Shown: in pieces, positions 50,079 to 51,163 of the stretch | How the letters are laid out: the number at the start of each line of letters is the position of its first letter | Numbering within the stretch: the first letter of the stretch is position 1 | Assembly (NCBI GenBank): GCA_964604995.1 | Contig: CAZSAD010000007.1 | Coordinates: 1-51,163 of the forward strand | Source: an uncultured Methanosarcinales archaeon | GTDB lineage: Archaea; Nanobdellota; Nanobdellia; Woesearchaeales; JABMPP01 | Reading direction: 5' to 3' | Length of the DNA: 51,163 nucleotides | Position numbers and translations under genes: made by a program | Notes under the pieces: model-generated | The model's input: only the letters and a program-made list of their open reading frames with translations | Database searches by the model: none | Told to the model about the DNA's origin: nothing

Positions 50079-51050
50079 ATGATAACAGCTGAAAATCTAG
50101 AAAAGATAATAGAAGAATTGTTGCCAGGTAATAATATTCCTAATTTTTCAAAAAAATGGATTCTTAAGAACCAAAATACAACTGAAGATTCAATAAGAAT
50201 GATTTATACTTTTTTAAAGAGTAAAGGAGTAAATAATAAAAAAATAGCATCTCAAGCACAGTTATTGGGAGGGAAACTTGAGATTATAAACGCAAATTAT
50301 CAAAAATTGAAAGTGTTGGGAGTGGAAGATAAAAAAATAGCGACATATGTTCAATTGCTTGGGAAAGATCCAACTACCATAGAAACAAATTATCAAAAAT
50401 TAAAAGTATTGGGATTAACTAATAAAAAAATAACACAATGTATAGATTTACTAGGATATAAACCTAAAACTATTGAATCAAAGTATCAGAAATTAAAAGC
50501 ACGGGGTTTGAAAGATGAAAATATAGCAGTATGGGCATATTTACTTGGAAGAGATCAAAATGTTATAGAAACAAATTATCAAAAATTAAAAGTATTGGGA
50601 TTAAGTGATGAAAATATAGTATCTCACTCAAGTTTACTCAAAAGAGATCAAAACAGTATTCAAAAAAATTATGATAATCTATTTAGATTGTTAAAACAAG
50701 ATGGTTTAGATGATTATAAATGTAATGAATTTATTTTAGCTAATGCACAATTATTAGGAAATTCGAAAGATACCATAAAATCAAATTTCCAATTCTTAAA
50801 TGATAAGGGAATTGATTATTACCATAATGCTATTTTGTTTAACACAACAACACAGCTCAAGAGAAAGAAAATGGCTTGGATATTAAGGGAATTATTTGAT
50901 TATAGAAATCTTTTGGAAGAACAAAAGAAAGATGTCATCCATAAAGTATATTCTTTAATAAAAGATAAACCTAAAATGTTAAAGGAATCAATTAGTTCTA
51001 TGGAAAAAAGTAAAGATAAATTAATGGAAATTGCTAAGCAGTATAAGTAA
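50079..51050 (+). CDS. helical 31-aa repeat protein, mTERF-like
   Basis: Repeats (N/K)YQKLK.LG....I....LLG.....IE with a 93-bp DNA period (50295, 50388, 50481, 50574, 50667). Confidence 0.7.
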   Translation: MITAENLEKIIEELLPGNNIPNFSKKWILKNQNTTEDSIRMIYTFLKSKGVNNKKIASQAQLLGGKLEIINANYQKLKVLGVEDKKIATYVQLLGKDPTTIETNYQKLKVLGLTNKKITQCIDLLGYKPKTIESKYQKLKARGLKDENIAVWAYLLGRDQNVIETNYQKLKVLGLSDENIVSHSSLLKRDQNSIQKNYDNLFRLLKQDGLDDYKCNEFILANAQLLGNSKDTIKSNFQFLNDKGIDYYHNAILFNTTTQLKRKKMAWILRELFDYRNLLEEQKKDVIHKVYSLIKDKPKMLKESISSMEKSKDKLMEIAKQYK

Positions 51051-51124
51051 ATTTGACATTATGTTTTTGATTATTAATAGGTAATTAATTGATATGTAAT
51101 TAGATTGTTCAAAAAAAATTATAA

Positions 51125-51163
51125 TGGACGCGGCGAGAGTCGCACTCGCGGCCTCACCGTTGC
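51125..51163 (-). tRNA. tRNA-Ala (xGC), 3' half only, truncated by window end
   Basis: Reverse complement: GC-AA-CGGTG-AGGCC-GCGAG-TGCGACT-CTCGC-CGCGTCC-A. U70 and A73 are Ala identity elements. Confidence 0.85.

Noticed and set aside
51125..51163. tRNA-Cys (GCA) reading of the terminal tRNA fragment
   Set aside because: Arm spacing places GC at positions 35-36, and U70/A73 fit Ala; Cys would need U73.

Overview
Strongly AT-rich archaeal chromosome segment. The aRF1, aIF5A and L40e genes, TATA-type promoters, GGTG-type Shine-Dalgarno sites and CCA-less tRNAs show it is archaeal. Gene content and style suggest a DPANN/Woesearchaeota-like genome (inference). Left end (1-5420): accessory island with three toxin-antitoxin-like modules (MNT-HEPN whose HEPN gene has a single in-frame TAA; a larger NTase coupled to a RelE-like ORF; wHTH plus RelE-like) around a 789-aa chimeric surface protein with a bacterial-type FlgD-Ig/T9SS-CTD-like domain. 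Middle: hppA, an orphan histidine kinase, a degenerate PssA-like protein, rhomboid protease, stand-alone gyrB, and a de novo purine cluster (purM, folC fusion, purL, purQ, double purS, duplicated purE, IMPase-family gene, purC, purB) with regulators and pyk. tRNA-Pro(CGG) is followed by two GC-rich structured elements, one folding as an H-type pseudoknot plus a GNRA hairpin, which is the best candidate novel ncRNA. Right: aRF1, aIF5A-L40e, site-2 protease, a 4-repeat surface protein, K+ channel, degenerate PEP-synthase N-domain, HAD, GH15, Acr3, adenosine deaminase, GT-C, an mTERF-like 31-aa repeat protein with a hypervariable patch, and a partial tRNA-Ala. No CRISPR array, integrase or transposase was seen. 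All calls come from manual motif reading without database searches.
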